NCBI GenBank assembly: GCA_903863395.1
Contig: CAIPBW010000160.1
Coordinates: 1 to 44,146 of the forward strand
Reading direction: 5' to 3'
From: an uncultured beta proteobacterium
GTDB lineage: Bacteria; Pseudomonadota; Gammaproteobacteria; Burkholderiales; Burkholderiaceae_C
DNA: 44,146 nt
The translations under genes were made by a program, and so were the position numbers. Positions 26,882 through 36,648 of the stretch are shown one piece after another; within the stretch, counting starts at the first letter, position 1, and the number at the start of each line of letters is the position of its first letter. The notes beneath the pieces were generated by a model, which was not told where the DNA came from, did no database searches, and saw only the letters and a list, made by a program, of their open reading frames with translations.

Positions 26882-27613
26882 ATGTACAGATCCAATGAAC
26901 GATTGATAATTTTTGATGCCGACGGAACCATCGTCGATGCCTTCTCTGCCATTGATCAGACCTTCTCCAGGCATGGAATGGAGTTGGGTGCGCTCGAGCG
27001 ATTTCAAAAGCGGCGCAATCTGTTCAAGTACATGGGCGGACTCAAAGAGTTCCCCATCAATCTGAAACAACAGCTTGGCAAGCAAAGCCGCAAGAAGCTC
27101 CTGGCAACACTCACCGACGTGTACCGCCACGATGCCCAGCTTTATCCTGGCGTTGCAGACCTCGTCCGCACCCTGATTGCTGCCACGGGCATCAGGGTAG
27201 GGTTGGTCACGCGCAACATTACCAACGAGCCCGAGATGACCCTGCGCATACTCCTGGCACGCCACGGCATTGATCTGGATGCGCTGGACTTCGTGGCGCA
27301 CGTGCCCTTGGGGCAGGAAAAGACAGCCGCTTTCAGGACCGCCCGCAAAAGCTTTGACATCAACCCCGCGCGGTCGTTCGCCTGCGGCGATGAGCACAAG
27401 GATTTCGCCGCTGCCGTGGCGGCAGGTATGCACCCTTTTATCGTGTCCTACGGTTTTGAGGACTACACGCGCCTGACCCGCAAATTCGAGGTGCCCGAAG
27501 ACGTGATTTCGCGTACGCCGCAGGACCTATGTACGCGTGTTCTTCATGCACTCGATATCGACACCGGGCATATTGCGGGTCTCCCTGCGCCATCGCAGAG
27601 CCGCCGTGATTAA
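26882..27613 (+). CDS. HAD-family phosphatase (phosphoglycolate phosphatase-like)
   Basis: IFDADGT motif I, VTRN motif II, K, CGDEHKD motif IV. Confidence 0.88.
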   Translation: MYRSNERLIIFDADGTIVDAFSAIDQTFSRHGMELGALERFQKRRNLFKYMGGLKEFPINLKQQLGKQSRKKLLATLTDVYRHDAQLYPGVADLVRTLIAATGIRVGLVTRNITNEPEMTLRILLARHGIDLDALDFVAHVPLGQEKTAAFRTARKSFDINPARSFACGDEHKDFAAAVAAGMHPFIVSYGFEDYTRLTRKFEVPEDVISRTPQDLCTRVLHALDIDTGHIAGLPAPSQSRRD

Positions 27614-28370
27614 CCGACTTATTTTTGGCAGGCCACGGCGCAGGCGCGACCTGCCTGCGGGCCCTCATGCGGACTTTTTCCTCAGCCCGCTGAGGCTCGA
27701 TCGGCCAGACGGGGCACGCCTGTACGGATGGAGCGCTGCGCCCAAGTCGGTACAAGATCGGGAAAAGGTACTCCTCTATTTCGGTGGTCGAAAGGAAGAC
27801 GCCTGGTGGGCGCCCAAGATGGCTTCCTACCTTGAAGGATGGACGGTCTACAGCTTCAATTACCGTGGGTTTGGCGATTCCAAGGGCTCCGCGTCGGAGA
27901 TAAACGCCAAGGCAGACGCGCTGGCGATCTATGAATTTGTGCTGCAAAGGCACGCCCGCGCAAACACCGAAGTGGCACTGATGGGGCGCAGTCTGGGCAC
28001 TGCCATCGCAATCTGGCTCGCCCACCATGTCAGCCCGGCTCACCTGATACTGGTATCGCCTTTTTGTAGTATGCGCTCCGTGCTTCGCGGCAGGTTCTGG
28101 CTGGCACCCTTGTCCGTATTTGTTCGCAAACGGTTCATGAACTCAAAGCTTGTGCCCGACATATCGGCCAGGACGCTCGTCATCCTGGCTGCAAGAGACA
28201 AGGAAGTAAACCACTCAGACAGTTTGAGGCTTGCGCGCAGCTTTGGCACACAGGCAACGATAACGGTCATCGACGGGACCAACCACAAGACCGTTCCACG
28301 AAGCCCAGGTACCCAGCGTGCGGTAGCGGATTTTCTGACAAACAAAGCCGCCGCGCTGTGTCTTCAGTGA
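27606..28370 (+). CDS. Alpha/beta hydrolase
   Basis: NYRGFG, GRSLG nucleophile elbow, DKEV, GTNH; GTG start overlaps the HAD stop. Confidence 0.85.
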   Translation: MINRLIFGRPRRRRDLPAGPHADFFLSPLRLDRPDGARLYGWSAAPKSVQDREKVLLYFGGRKEDAWWAPKMASYLEGWTVYSFNYRGFGDSKGSASEINAKADALAIYEFVLQRHARANTEVALMGRSLGTAIAIWLAHHVSPAHLILVSPFCSMRSVLRGRFWLAPLSVFVRKRFMNSKLVPDISARTLVILAARDKEVNHSDSLRLARSFGTQATITVIDGTNHKTVPRSPGTQRAVADFLTNKAAALCLQ

Positions 28371-28393
28371 GGCGTTCGCGCGGTTGCGCTTTC

Positions 28394-30211
28394 TCAGTGG
28401 ACTCGCTCGATGCGGTCGAGGGCGGGCACGCCCACCACAGCGCGCGTGCGAAAGTACAGCTTCACTACGGTAGAGTCCACCTCGCCCGCCTGAACGTTGC
28501 TGCCTTGGCGTAACAGGCTGAAGTTGTCGCCGCCACTGGCCATGAAATTGTTGACGGTGATGCGGTAGGTCTGGTTCATGTCCATCGGCTCACCGTGCAG
28601 TTTCATGGAGCCGGGAACGACCCTGGCACCTGTGCCGGGAAGGGCTCTTTCCGCAGTGCTTGCATCCCACGCATAGCTGAACCCAGCCGACACCGACATG
28701 ATGCGCCCGCCTGCGGATTGTGGGCTCTCCCATTGTTGTTCCAACAGTCGAAGGAGTTGCTGGCCGGTCAGGTCCATGCTCACAAGGTTGTTGTTGAACG
28801 GCAAGACGTTGAACAACTGGCCAAATGTGACGGAAAGACTGGAACCAAGATCGCTGCGGATTCCGCCCGGGTTGGTGAAAGCAATCTGTGCCGGCTTGTC
28901 ACCGTAGCTGGTGTCGGACGAGCCCACCAGAAAGGCATCGGCGATGACCGCGCCCAGCGTGCTTTCACCTGCGGCACTGCGTCTGCGGTCCAAGGGCGCG
29001 GCCAAGCGTCCCACCACCACATCGGCAATCGAGGCGGACAGATCGCCGTAACGCTGCACTACGCGCGCTACCGCAGGGTCTGGCTTGAGCGCTGCATAAC
29101 CCTGCGGCAGGGGTAGCAGATTGCCCGCTGCGTCCTTGATGGGCAGGCCATTGAGGACGGGCTGGTTGTTGGCGTCTTTGGCGATTACTTTCTTGGTGGT
29201 GCCGTCCAGCGTCAGGTTAACCTGGGTGAGCAGGCGGCCATACGAACCTGATTGGGTGATCAGCTTGCCATCGGGACGAAAGCAGACGTACTCTTGGTGG
29301 GTGTGGCCGCTGATGACCAGGTCCACGCCGGGATGCATGCGGTCGGCCAGGTCCGTGATTGCGCCACTGAAGCCGGGGCAGGACTTGTCGAGCAGCGTCC
29401 TGGCGGTGGTCTCACCGCCTTGATGCACCAACACCACGATCACGCTGGCCCCTTGCTGCTGCAGCAATGGCACCCAATGGTTGACCGTTTCCACCTCGTC
29501 AAGAAAGCGCAGACCTTCAACCCCCGCAGGTGTCACCACCGAAGGAGTTTCGCGCAGCGTCAGGCCGATGAAGCCAATCTTTACTCCGCCCACGTTGCGG
29601 ATCGCAGTGGCAGGAAACAGGGTCCCGCCGCTGTGGACATCGATCACGTTGGCTGCGAGATACCGAAACCGGGCACCCTTGAATTGGCCTTTGTTCATGC
29701 ATGTGTCCATGCCGACCTTGCCCGCCGTGCCATCGGCTGAGGCGGGAAAGCAACCACCGCGCTGCAGCCGCGTCAGCTCGGCACGGCCCTTGTCGAACTC
29801 ATGGTTGCCTACGCTGGAGATGTCCAGACCGATCTGGTCGAGCACGTCTATGGTCGGCTCGTCGTGGAACAAGCCCGACGTCAACTGCGACGCGCCAACC
29901 ATGTCACCCGCTGCGACCACCAGGGTGTTGCCGGGGTTGTGTGTCTTGAGTGCCTTGACCAGTGTGGACAGGTAGGCACCACCACCCAAGGCCACGCGGC
30001 TGCCGCCGGGGCGTTGTGCATCGGGCACCAGTGCACTGCCGCTCGGGGGCAGGATGTTGCCATGAAAGTCATTGAGTGCCAGCAGCGAAATGGTGATGGG
30101 TGCCTTGCCGGGGGGCGTGGCTGCACCGGCACCTGCCACGAAAACAAACGCTGCCATTGCAACTGCGGCAAAGACTACAGCCCGATGGGTTCGGGGAATG
30201 GGGTTGCGCAT
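28394..30211 (-). CDS. Secreted bifunctional metallophosphatase/5'-nucleotidase
   Basis: LNDFHG, AGD, GNHEFD, VHQG, SGHTH, NPGGIR, GGDNF; signal peptide. Confidence 0.93.
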   Translation of the reverse strand: MRNPIPRTHRAVVFAAVAMAAFVFVAGAGAATPPGKAPITISLLALNDFHGNILPPSGSALVPDAQRPGGSRVALGGGAYLSTLVKALKTHNPGNTLVVAAGDMVGASQLTSGLFHDEPTIDVLDQIGLDISSVGNHEFDKGRAELTRLQRGGCFPASADGTAGKVGMDTCMNKGQFKGARFRYLAANVIDVHSGGTLFPATAIRNVGGVKIGFIGLTLRETPSVVTPAGVEGLRFLDEVETVNHWVPLLQQQGASVIVVLVHQGGETTARTLLDKSCPGFSGAITDLADRMHPGVDLVISGHTHQEYVCFRPDGKLITQSGSYGRLLTQVNLTLDGTTKKVIAKDANNQPVLNGLPIKDAAGNLLPLPQGYAALKPDPAVARVVQRYGDLSASIADVVVGRLAAPLDRRRSAAGESTLGAVIADAFLVGSSDTSYGDKPAQIAFTNPGGIRSDLGSSLSVTFGQLFNVLPFNNNLVSMDLTGQQLLRLLEQQWESPQSAGGRIMSVSAGFSYAWDASTAERALPGTGARVVPGSMKLHGEPMDMNQTYRITVNNFMASGGDNFSLLRQGSNVQAGEVDSTVVKLYFRTRAVVGVPALDRIERVH

Positions 30212-30230
30212 AGCAGGTGTGGAGGTAGTT

Positions 30231-30280
30231 AAAAAAATGCCGCCAAGTACGGCACCGGAGGTGGTGCTGTACCTGGCGGC
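30231..30280 (-). terminator. Long intrinsic terminator/attenuator between the TBDR and the 5'-nucleotidase
   Basis: GCCGCCAGGTACAGCACC/GGTGCCGTACTTGGCGGC stem followed by ATTTTTTT. Confidence 0.8.
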
Positions 30281-30323
30281 CAATTCAGGGCAACTGCAAA
30301 ATGGGTGACAACAGTGACCCTGC

Positions 30324-32708
30324 TCAGAACTCGGTGCGGAATGTTACCGAGACGTAACGGGGGGCACCCACGTAAAGAGACGGTGCACTACCACCGGTAC
30401 CCAATGCACGAACAGTGAAATTGCTGCCGCTGCCGGAGTTGACGCGCAGATAGCTCTGGTCAAACAGGTTGATGATGTTGAGCATCAGCTTGGGCTTCTT
30501 CATGAAGGTGGAGTCGGCAAACTTGTAGCCAACGCTGGCGTTGACCAGGGTGACCGGATCGACAGAGTCGTCATTAACCAGAGTGGTATAGGCTGCGCTG
30601 GTGTACTTGACATCGGCATTGCCAAACCAGTTGCCGCTGTTGTAGCCAAGCCGTATGCCGCTCATCCACAGCGGGGTGTCGGGCATTTGCTTGCCGCTGG
30701 TGGGCTCTGCGACTTTGCTGCCAAATGTGCATGCGCAGTCGTTCAGCACTTTGGAGTCGGTATAGGTCAGCGAGCCATAGAGCGACCAGTTGGAGTCAAG
30801 CTTGCGGCCGGCTTCCAGTTCAAAACCCTTGGTGGTCACGTCGCCGACGTTGTAGTCAATGCTGGCGAGCGCCACACCATCCCAGGCGGATGCGATGCGG
30901 TTCTTGTAGTCGATGTAGTACACCGACCCCGAGAAGGTCCAGTTGTCGTTGGCAAAGCGATAGCCCAGGTCGAGGTTGGTGGAGGTCTCCATGTCCACCA
31001 CCGGGTCACGCAGTGTTGCGGCGGTGGTGACGGGGACGCCGTTGGCAAAGGTCACTCCCTTGTACAGGCTCTGGAAGCTGAAGTTGCCCGGGGCCTTCAT
31101 GTTGGCGGCAACGTTGAAGAACACCTGCTGTTCGGTGTCGAGCGTGTAGCGCACGCCCACACTGGGCAGCGCCTTGCTATAGGTCTTGTTGATGTTGTAG
31201 TCGGCGCCCTGACTGCTTCCCTCATTGGCAAAGTTGTAGAAGTCGCGGTTGATGCTGGTGCTGCGCAGGCCCAGTTGCAGATTGAGCTTGTCCTGCATCA
31301 GCTTGATGCTGTCCTGCACAGACGCCGAGGAAGCAGTGCTGATGGTGAGCTGGTTGCGCCCCTGCACCGTGGTTCCGTCGCCGCGCTTCAACAACAGACT
31401 CGGGTCATCAAGCCAGATGCTGGCGACATTGCCAGCGTTGTCCACCCTGGAATAGGGTTGGGTCTGGAAGTGGCGCGCACGTTCCATCCAATAGCCAAAG
31501 AGCAGGTTGTGGTTGTCCACGCGCAAGTTGGACTTGAGTGTGACGCCTGGGCGGTAGGTCTCGGTCACCGAACTGCGGTACACCATGAGCGTGTCCAAGG
31601 TGTCGCCGTCGCCATTGATATCGGCAATGCCGCGGCCGAGCTTGGTCAAAGCACTGCTTGAAAGACTGCTCTCGGCCAGGGTATAGAGCCCACTGCCACC
31701 GCCAAAACCGTACCAGAAATAGGGCTCGGCGCTAAAGCTCACGTCCTTGTTGACCTTGTACTCAGCTTTGCCGGTCCAGAGGTAATTGCGGAAGGGGTTG
31801 AGCGAATAGTTGTAGTACCCGTCTGCGGGTGTTGTCTCGGTTTGTGCCGTGCCATTGACCGGTGCAAGGTGCTGCGGTGGTGTGGAGCCGTAGTCGAGCG
31901 TAGCGCCGTATTGAGCGATCTGCGCCTTGGTGAGCAAGCGGAAAAAGTTGTTGACGGCGCGGTTGTACACCAGGCTGCTCGACAGCGCGAGCGCGTCCGA
32001 CGGTTGGTACTCGACACCGAGGTCCAGGTGGTTGCGGTCGGCGCCGCCTGCGCCCTTGAACTTGTCTGCCTTGGCCTTGGACATGGAGATAAAGAACTTG
32101 GCCTTGCCGTCGGCAAACTTGCCCGTGTCCAGGCGCGCAAAGGTCTTGTAGGAATTCAGTTGGCCCACGGTTTGTGTCAGGCGAAAACCGTACTGGTCGG
32201 CGGGCGGGCATGACACCATGCCGATATTGCCACCGGACGCCCCAACGTGCGGCGCTTCGGTGTCGGTGGAGCCTTGCGTCACAAAGATTTCGCACAGGTT
32301 TTCGGTGTCGGTGTATTCCATCGGATAGACCGCAAAGTTGCCAGAGTCGTTGACCGGAGCGCCGTTGATGGTGAAGCCCATCTGGTCGCTGTTGAAGCCG
32401 CGCACGCGCAGCCCGCCGCCAAACATGCCGGTGGCGTCGTAGCTGAAGGTGTTGACGCCGGGCAGCAGTTCAATTGCCTGGTAGGGGTTGCTGGTTGGTG
32501 CCAAGGTCTCCAGGTGCGCTTTGGATACGGAACTGCGCGCCTTGGGTGTTTCTTCTTGTGTGATCAGTCCGGTATTGGAACCACCGGGCAGGCTGTCCAC
32601 CGCAATGCGGCCGACATCGGTGATGGTAGCCGTTTGCGCCCAAAGAGCCGGTGTCACGCAGAGCGTGGCGATGGCAAGCGCCAATTGAGAAGGTTTGAAG
32701 GTTTTCAT
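30324..32708 (-). CDS. TonB-dependent outer-membrane receptor
   Basis: Signal peptide; plug motifs LPGVN, VRGF, INGAPVND; E-S-N-DLG, NLFD; C-terminal Phe. Confidence 0.93.
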   Translation of the reverse strand: MKTFKPSQLALAIATLCVTPALWAQTATITDVGRIAVDSLPGGSNTGLITQEETPKARSSVSKAHLETLAPTSNPYQAIELLPGVNTFSYDATGMFGGGLRVRGFNSDQMGFTINGAPVNDSGNFAVYPMEYTDTENLCEIFVTQGSTDTEAPHVGASGGNIGMVSCPPADQYGFRLTQTVGQLNSYKTFARLDTGKFADGKAKFFISMSKAKADKFKGAGGADRNHLDLGVEYQPSDALALSSSLVYNRAVNNFFRLLTKAQIAQYGATLDYGSTPPQHLAPVNGTAQTETTPADGYYNYSLNPFRNYLWTGKAEYKVNKDVSFSAEPYFWYGFGGGSGLYTLAESSLSSSALTKLGRGIADINGDGDTLDTLMVYRSSVTETYRPGVTLKSNLRVDNHNLLFGYWMERARHFQTQPYSRVDNAGNVASIWLDDPSLLLKRGDGTTVQGRNQLTISTASSASVQDSIKLMQDKLNLQLGLRSTSINRDFYNFANEGSSQGADYNINKTYSKALPSVGVRYTLDTEQQVFFNVAANMKAPGNFSFQSLYKGVTFANGVPVTTAATLRDPVVDMETSTNLDLGYRFANDNWTFSGSVYYIDYKNRIASAWDGVALASIDYNVGDVTTKGFELEAGRKLDSNWSLYGSLTYTDSKVLNDCACTFGSKVAEPTSGKQMPDTPLWMSGIRLGYNSGNWFGNADVKYTSAAYTTLVNDDSVDPVTLVNASVGYKFADSTFMKKPKLMLNIINLFDQSYLRVNSGSGSNFTVRALGTGGSAPSLYVGAPRYVSVTFRTEF

Positions 32709-32756
32709 GGAGTACAGCAATGGGTAAGGTTGAAGAACGGGGAGAGCAGGGAAACG

Positions 32757-33476
32757 TCAGGAACTGACTGGGGTGAAGGCAATTTCGGCGCTGAACTTGT
32801 GCAGTTCTTCGCCGGTCCAGGTATCGGGTGGGAAGGGCTCGTAGCTGCCACGGCGAACGGTGGCGATGGCGGCGTCGTCCAGAAGATTGGAATTGGACGA
32901 CTCCAGAACGCCCACGTCGAGCAGCACGCCGTGGCGGCTGAGCGTGAACCACAGCTTGACCTTGCCTTGGGGCCGCTGCTGGCTGGCTTGCCTTCCGGTC
33001 GGGTAGCGTTTGGTGGAGTGCAGCATGGTGCGCACTTTGAGGATGTACTCACCTTCGAGTGAGGCAATGTGCGCCATGCGGCTTTCCACGACGGGTGCAG
33101 GCGCGGGTGCAATGACCGGCGGGGCCGGAGGCGGCGCGGGGTTTGCCGCCATGGTGGGCGGAGCGGACTGTGTTTGCGCAGCGACTTCAGGCACCGGAAC
33201 GAAGGGAAGTGGCGTCTCCACGCGCGGCGCGTTCGGTTGGGGTGGGCGCACTTCCTTGGGTGGGGGCGGCAAGGGAATGGGTGGAAGTGGAGGGATGATG
33301 ACCTCCTGAATCACCACTGCCTCCATCGGCTTCTTCAAGAACTTCAAGCCCTTTTGCGCGGTTCCCGAGACCAGCATCCAAACAACCAGCACATGTACCG
33401 CAATGACCAGTCCCAGCCCAAAAAAACGGCTTGAGGCGTGGGTCGCCCGGTACGGATATGCGATTGAAATGCTCAT
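32757..33476 (-). CDS. tonB: TonB energy transducer
   Basis: N-terminal TM containing His, Pro-rich linker, C-terminal RYP...QGKV...SS...LDDAA. Confidence 0.92.
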   Translation of the reverse strand: MSISIAYPYRATHASSRFFGLGLVIAVHVLVVWMLVSGTAQKGLKFLKKPMEAVVIQEVIIPPLPPIPLPPPPKEVRPPQPNAPRVETPLPFVPVPEVAAQTQSAPPTMAANPAPPPAPPVIAPAPAPVVESRMAHIASLEGEYILKVRTMLHSTKRYPTGRQASQQRPQGKVKLWFTLSRHGVLLDVGVLESSNSNLLDDAAIATVRRGSYEPFPPDTWTGEELHKFSAEIAFTPVSS

Positions 33477-33553
33477 GGAGTGGAAGTTACAAAGTGGTCA
33501 CATTGGCTGAGTCTCGACTTCGACCGCTGGCGATCAAAGGTCCGTTCACAACC

Positions 33554-33587
33554 AATGTAAAGTTGAAAAATTACACTTTGAAGACAA
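33554..33587 (-). promoter_or_regulatory. Pho-box promoter of the tonB operon (TTGTCTT-CAAA-GTGTAAT, 10 bp, TACATT)
   Basis: Heptamer pair plus -10 at the conserved spacing. Confidence 0.65.
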
Positions 33588-33640
33588 ACCTCTGCGACGC
33601 GCGAGGTGTTGTCATGAAACAACTGAGCGACGTTGCAAGT

Positions 33641-35551
33641 TCAGCTTGCAGAGCTCCACGAGCGCAGCGCGCGCAGCAAGGAGCGCTTCTTTTCCTGATG
33701 GCTTCCCATGCGCCGCAGGATGTCGTCGAGCGTGCGTATCGCTGCGGTGATGTAAGGGCCCTTGTTCAGCATCACGCATTCAGCACGCACGCCGAGTCCG
33801 GCGTCTGAGATTTCGGCGCGTGAGGGCACGCCGGTCTTGGCCAGAGTCTCCAATACCTGCGTGGCCCAGATCACCGGCATATGCGCTGCCTCGGCGCACC
33901 ACAGGATTTCTTCCTGCACTTCGGCCATGCGCTCGTAGCCGCATTCCACGGCCAAATCGCCGCGCGCAATCATCACACCGGCGGATTGCCCCGCCATGGA
34001 CGCGAGCATGAGTTCGGGCAAATGCTCAAAGCCTTTGAGCGTTTCAATTTTCAGGACGATGCCCAGGTCGTGCCGCCCCAGCCGGTCCAGGCAGTCGCGC
34101 AGCAGGTAGACATCCTCGCTCTGTTGCACAAAGGACAGGCCCACCATGTCGGCAAGTGCCGCAACCGCCGAGAGGTCTTGCATGTCCTTGTCGGTCAGGG
34201 CGGGCAGGCTCAGCGCGCTGTCGGGCAGGTTGATGCCCTTGTCGCCCAGCAGCTTTTCGCCACCAGCGCGTGCCTGCGTGATTTCGACTTCAATCCAATC
34301 GGGCTCCACGCGCCGGATGATGCCGCCAATGCGGCCATCGTCAAACCATATGCGCTCGCCGGTATGCACCTGGCTGAGAACCTGGGGCAGGGTGCAGGCG
34401 ATGTGTGCCAGTTCCTGCACGATGGCTTCGTCGTCGGTGGAAACCATGGCCGGTGCACCTGCGCCGCCTTTGGTGATGCGGATGAACTCGCCCTGGTGTA
34501 CGTGCAGCAGCCCGGGCAGGTGTTGAATGCCGTGGGGATGTGTGCTTGCCCATTTCTTGCCTTCAGCGCCCTTGATGGTGAGTTGGGTCTCGGGCACCAG
34601 GTAGGCGGAATGCACGCTTTCTGCCACTGCGCCATGCGTATCCCACTGCACCACCAGCAGATGGCGCTTTGCGCCGCGTGCATCCGAGAAGTCGATTTGA
34701 GAGCCCACGCGCAGGTGGGCGAACCACTTGTCGTCCACCCCGATGCTGGCGTCAACGCTGGGCAGGGTCACGTCCTGCGAGGCTGGGTGCAACCCCAGAC
34801 GAAAAGGCTGGTAGGCGTGGCCTAACTCGTCGCGCTGCGGGCGCAGGCGCAGCACCGCCGGGCGCGCGGCTACGTCACCGGTGCGAATCTTGGGGCCACC
34901 CAGGTCCATGAGAATTTTCACGTCGCGCTGGGCGGCCTTGGCCGCGCGGCGAACGTGGGCAGCCATTGCGTCCCAGTCTTGCGCCGTGTCATGCGCGCAG
35001 TTGATGCGCGCCACATCCATTCCCGCCTCCACCAACTCGCCAACGGTGCTGAAGTCGGTTGCCGCCGTGGACGGCAGCGTCACCATCACGCGCACCGAAC
35101 GTCCGGCAGGCGCTGCACCCAGCAACTTCACCGCGTGCTGCTCCAGCAATCTGCGGCTGCTGATGCGGCCTGCGGGCTCTTCGGCAGACTTGTCTTCCCA
35201 CGCTTGGCCGGTGACGCGATGCAAGATGCCCAGCACCTTGTCAAGACTCGCCAACACATGCGACTCGGAGCGCCCGAGTGACGAAAGCCCCAGCCAGGCG
35301 AGTTGCTCCTGGATCGGGCGCAGGTCCATCGCGCGCAGTGCAAGGTAATGGATCAGGTTGCGTGCGCTTTCCTGGCAATTGGGCGACACCCGGTCAAGCT
35401 CGGCGGCCATGGCCGCTTCGCGCTCGAGCATCGAGCGCCGCAGCCTTGACAATTCGCGTATCAGGGCGGTGCACACTTGCTGGTTGCGCGCCGTTGGAGT
35501 GACTGGGTGCACCCGGGGCGCAACTGTCCGGGGAGTCTTCTTGGTAACCAT
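33641..35551 (-). CDS. Atypical pyruvate kinase-family protein (N-terminal extension, enlarged B region, no C-terminal regulatory domain)
   Basis: ARINCAH, MDLGGPKIRTG, KGINLP, LSFV, KIET, IARGDL, ATQVLE, PSRAEISD; ends shortly after CVMLNKG. Confidence 0.88.
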   Translation of the reverse strand: MVTKKTPRTVAPRVHPVTPTARNQQVCTALIRELSRLRRSMLEREAAMAAELDRVSPNCQESARNLIHYLALRAMDLRPIQEQLAWLGLSSLGRSESHVLASLDKVLGILHRVTGQAWEDKSAEEPAGRISSRRLLEQHAVKLLGAAPAGRSVRVMVTLPSTAATDFSTVGELVEAGMDVARINCAHDTAQDWDAMAAHVRRAAKAAQRDVKILMDLGGPKIRTGDVAARPAVLRLRPQRDELGHAYQPFRLGLHPASQDVTLPSVDASIGVDDKWFAHLRVGSQIDFSDARGAKRHLLVVQWDTHGAVAESVHSAYLVPETQLTIKGAEGKKWASTHPHGIQHLPGLLHVHQGEFIRITKGGAGAPAMVSTDDEAIVQELAHIACTLPQVLSQVHTGERIWFDDGRIGGIIRRVEPDWIEVEITQARAGGEKLLGDKGINLPDSALSLPALTDKDMQDLSAVAALADMVGLSFVQQSEDVYLLRDCLDRLGRHDLGIVLKIETLKGFEHLPELMLASMAGQSAGVMIARGDLAVECGYERMAEVQEEILWCAEAAHMPVIWATQVLETLAKTGVPSRAEISDAGLGVRAECVMLNKGPYITAAIRTLDDILRRMGSHQEKKRSLLRALRSWSSAS

Positions 35552-35557
35552 GCCACC

Positions 35558-35591
35558 ACTGTAGCAATCCACGGTGACATTTTTGCGACAA
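35558..35591 (-). promoter_or_regulatory. Pho-box promoter of the pyruvate kinase-like gene (TTGTCGC-AAAA-ATGTCAC, 10 bp, TACAGT), probably leaderless
   Basis: -10 ends 6 nt before ATG35551. Confidence 0.8.
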
Positions 35592-35643
35592 AACCCTGCG
35601 CTACAGAGTGCCTTGCCGCCGTGCGGCGCTGCGCTGCGTCTGG

Positions 35644-36648
35644 CTAGCCGTGGCCCGCGCGAACCAGCGCGTCACGGATGATGTTGGACAGCTCTGCCGC
35701 CTGGAACTTGGCGATATAGCCATCGGCACCCACGGTCTTGACGTGGCTCTCGTTGGTGCTACCGGTCAGCGACGAGTGAATGATCACCGGGATGCCACTA
35801 AAGCGCCCGTCCTGCTTGATGTTGCGTGTGAGCGTAAAGCCATCCATCACCGGCATTTCCAGGTCGGTGAGCACCAGTGCCACCTTGTCCTGAACTCTCT
35901 TGCCCTCGTCGTTGGCCTTGACCGTCATGGCTTCCATCAGCTCCCATGCCTCCTGGCCGGTCTTGGTCATGATGAAGGGCACACCCATGGACTTGAGCCC
36001 CTGCTCGATCATCATGCGCGCCACGGCCGAGTCGTCCACCGCAACCACCACCGAACCCGGGGGCAGCCGCACCGGGGTAACGCCGCTGGTGTTCTCACTC
36101 GAGCGCTGCTCTTCGGGCAGCACGTCGCGCAGGATTTGCTCCACGTCCAGCACCTGGGCCAGTCGCGTGTTCTCGGCGCTACCGTCCAGGCGCGCAATGC
36201 TGGTCACCAGCCCGCCACCGCTGCCCTCGGCCGAGAGCACGTGCTTCCACTCCAGACGGACAATCTCGCTCACTTCTTCCACGGCAAACGCCTGCGTGGT
36301 GCGTGCAAATTCGGTTACGAGCAAGATGCCGGTTCCGCTCTTGGGCCGGCAGCCCACCACCATCGGCAGGTTGATCACGGTAATCATCTGGCCCCGGATA
36401 TTGGCCACCCCCATCACCGTGGGCGGCATATTGACCATGGCGGTGATCTCCGGCATGACCAGAATCTCGCGCACCTTGAAGACGTTGATGCCAAACAACT
36501 CGCGCTTGTCGCTGTTGGCCGCGTCCCCCAGGCGAAACAGCAACAGCTCAAACATGCTGTTGGCGGCCAGGTTGGTCCGCTCATCAATGTCGCGCATCGA
36601 CGCATGGCTGGAAGTGGCGGGGGACTTGGATTGTTGAATTGCTTTCAT
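35644..36648 (-). CDS. cheV: Chemotaxis protein CheV (CheW + receiver)
   Basis: ELLLFRL, FGINVFKVREI, VDDS, LTDLEMPVMDG, IAKF. Confidence 0.95.
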   Translation of the reverse strand: MKAIQQSKSPATSSHASMRDIDERTNLAANSMFELLLFRLGDAANSDKRELFGINVFKVREILVMPEITAMVNMPPTVMGVANIRGQMITVINLPMVVGCRPKSGTGILLVTEFARTTQAFAVEEVSEIVRLEWKHVLSAEGSGGGLVTSIARLDGSAENTRLAQVLDVEQILRDVLPEEQRSSENTSGVTPVRLPPGSVVVAVDDSAVARMMIEQGLKSMGVPFIMTKTGQEAWELMEAMTVKANDEGKRVQDKVALVLTDLEMPVMDGFTLTRNIKQDGRFSGIPVIIHSSLTGSTNESHVKTVGADGYIAKFQAAELSNIIRDALVRAGHG

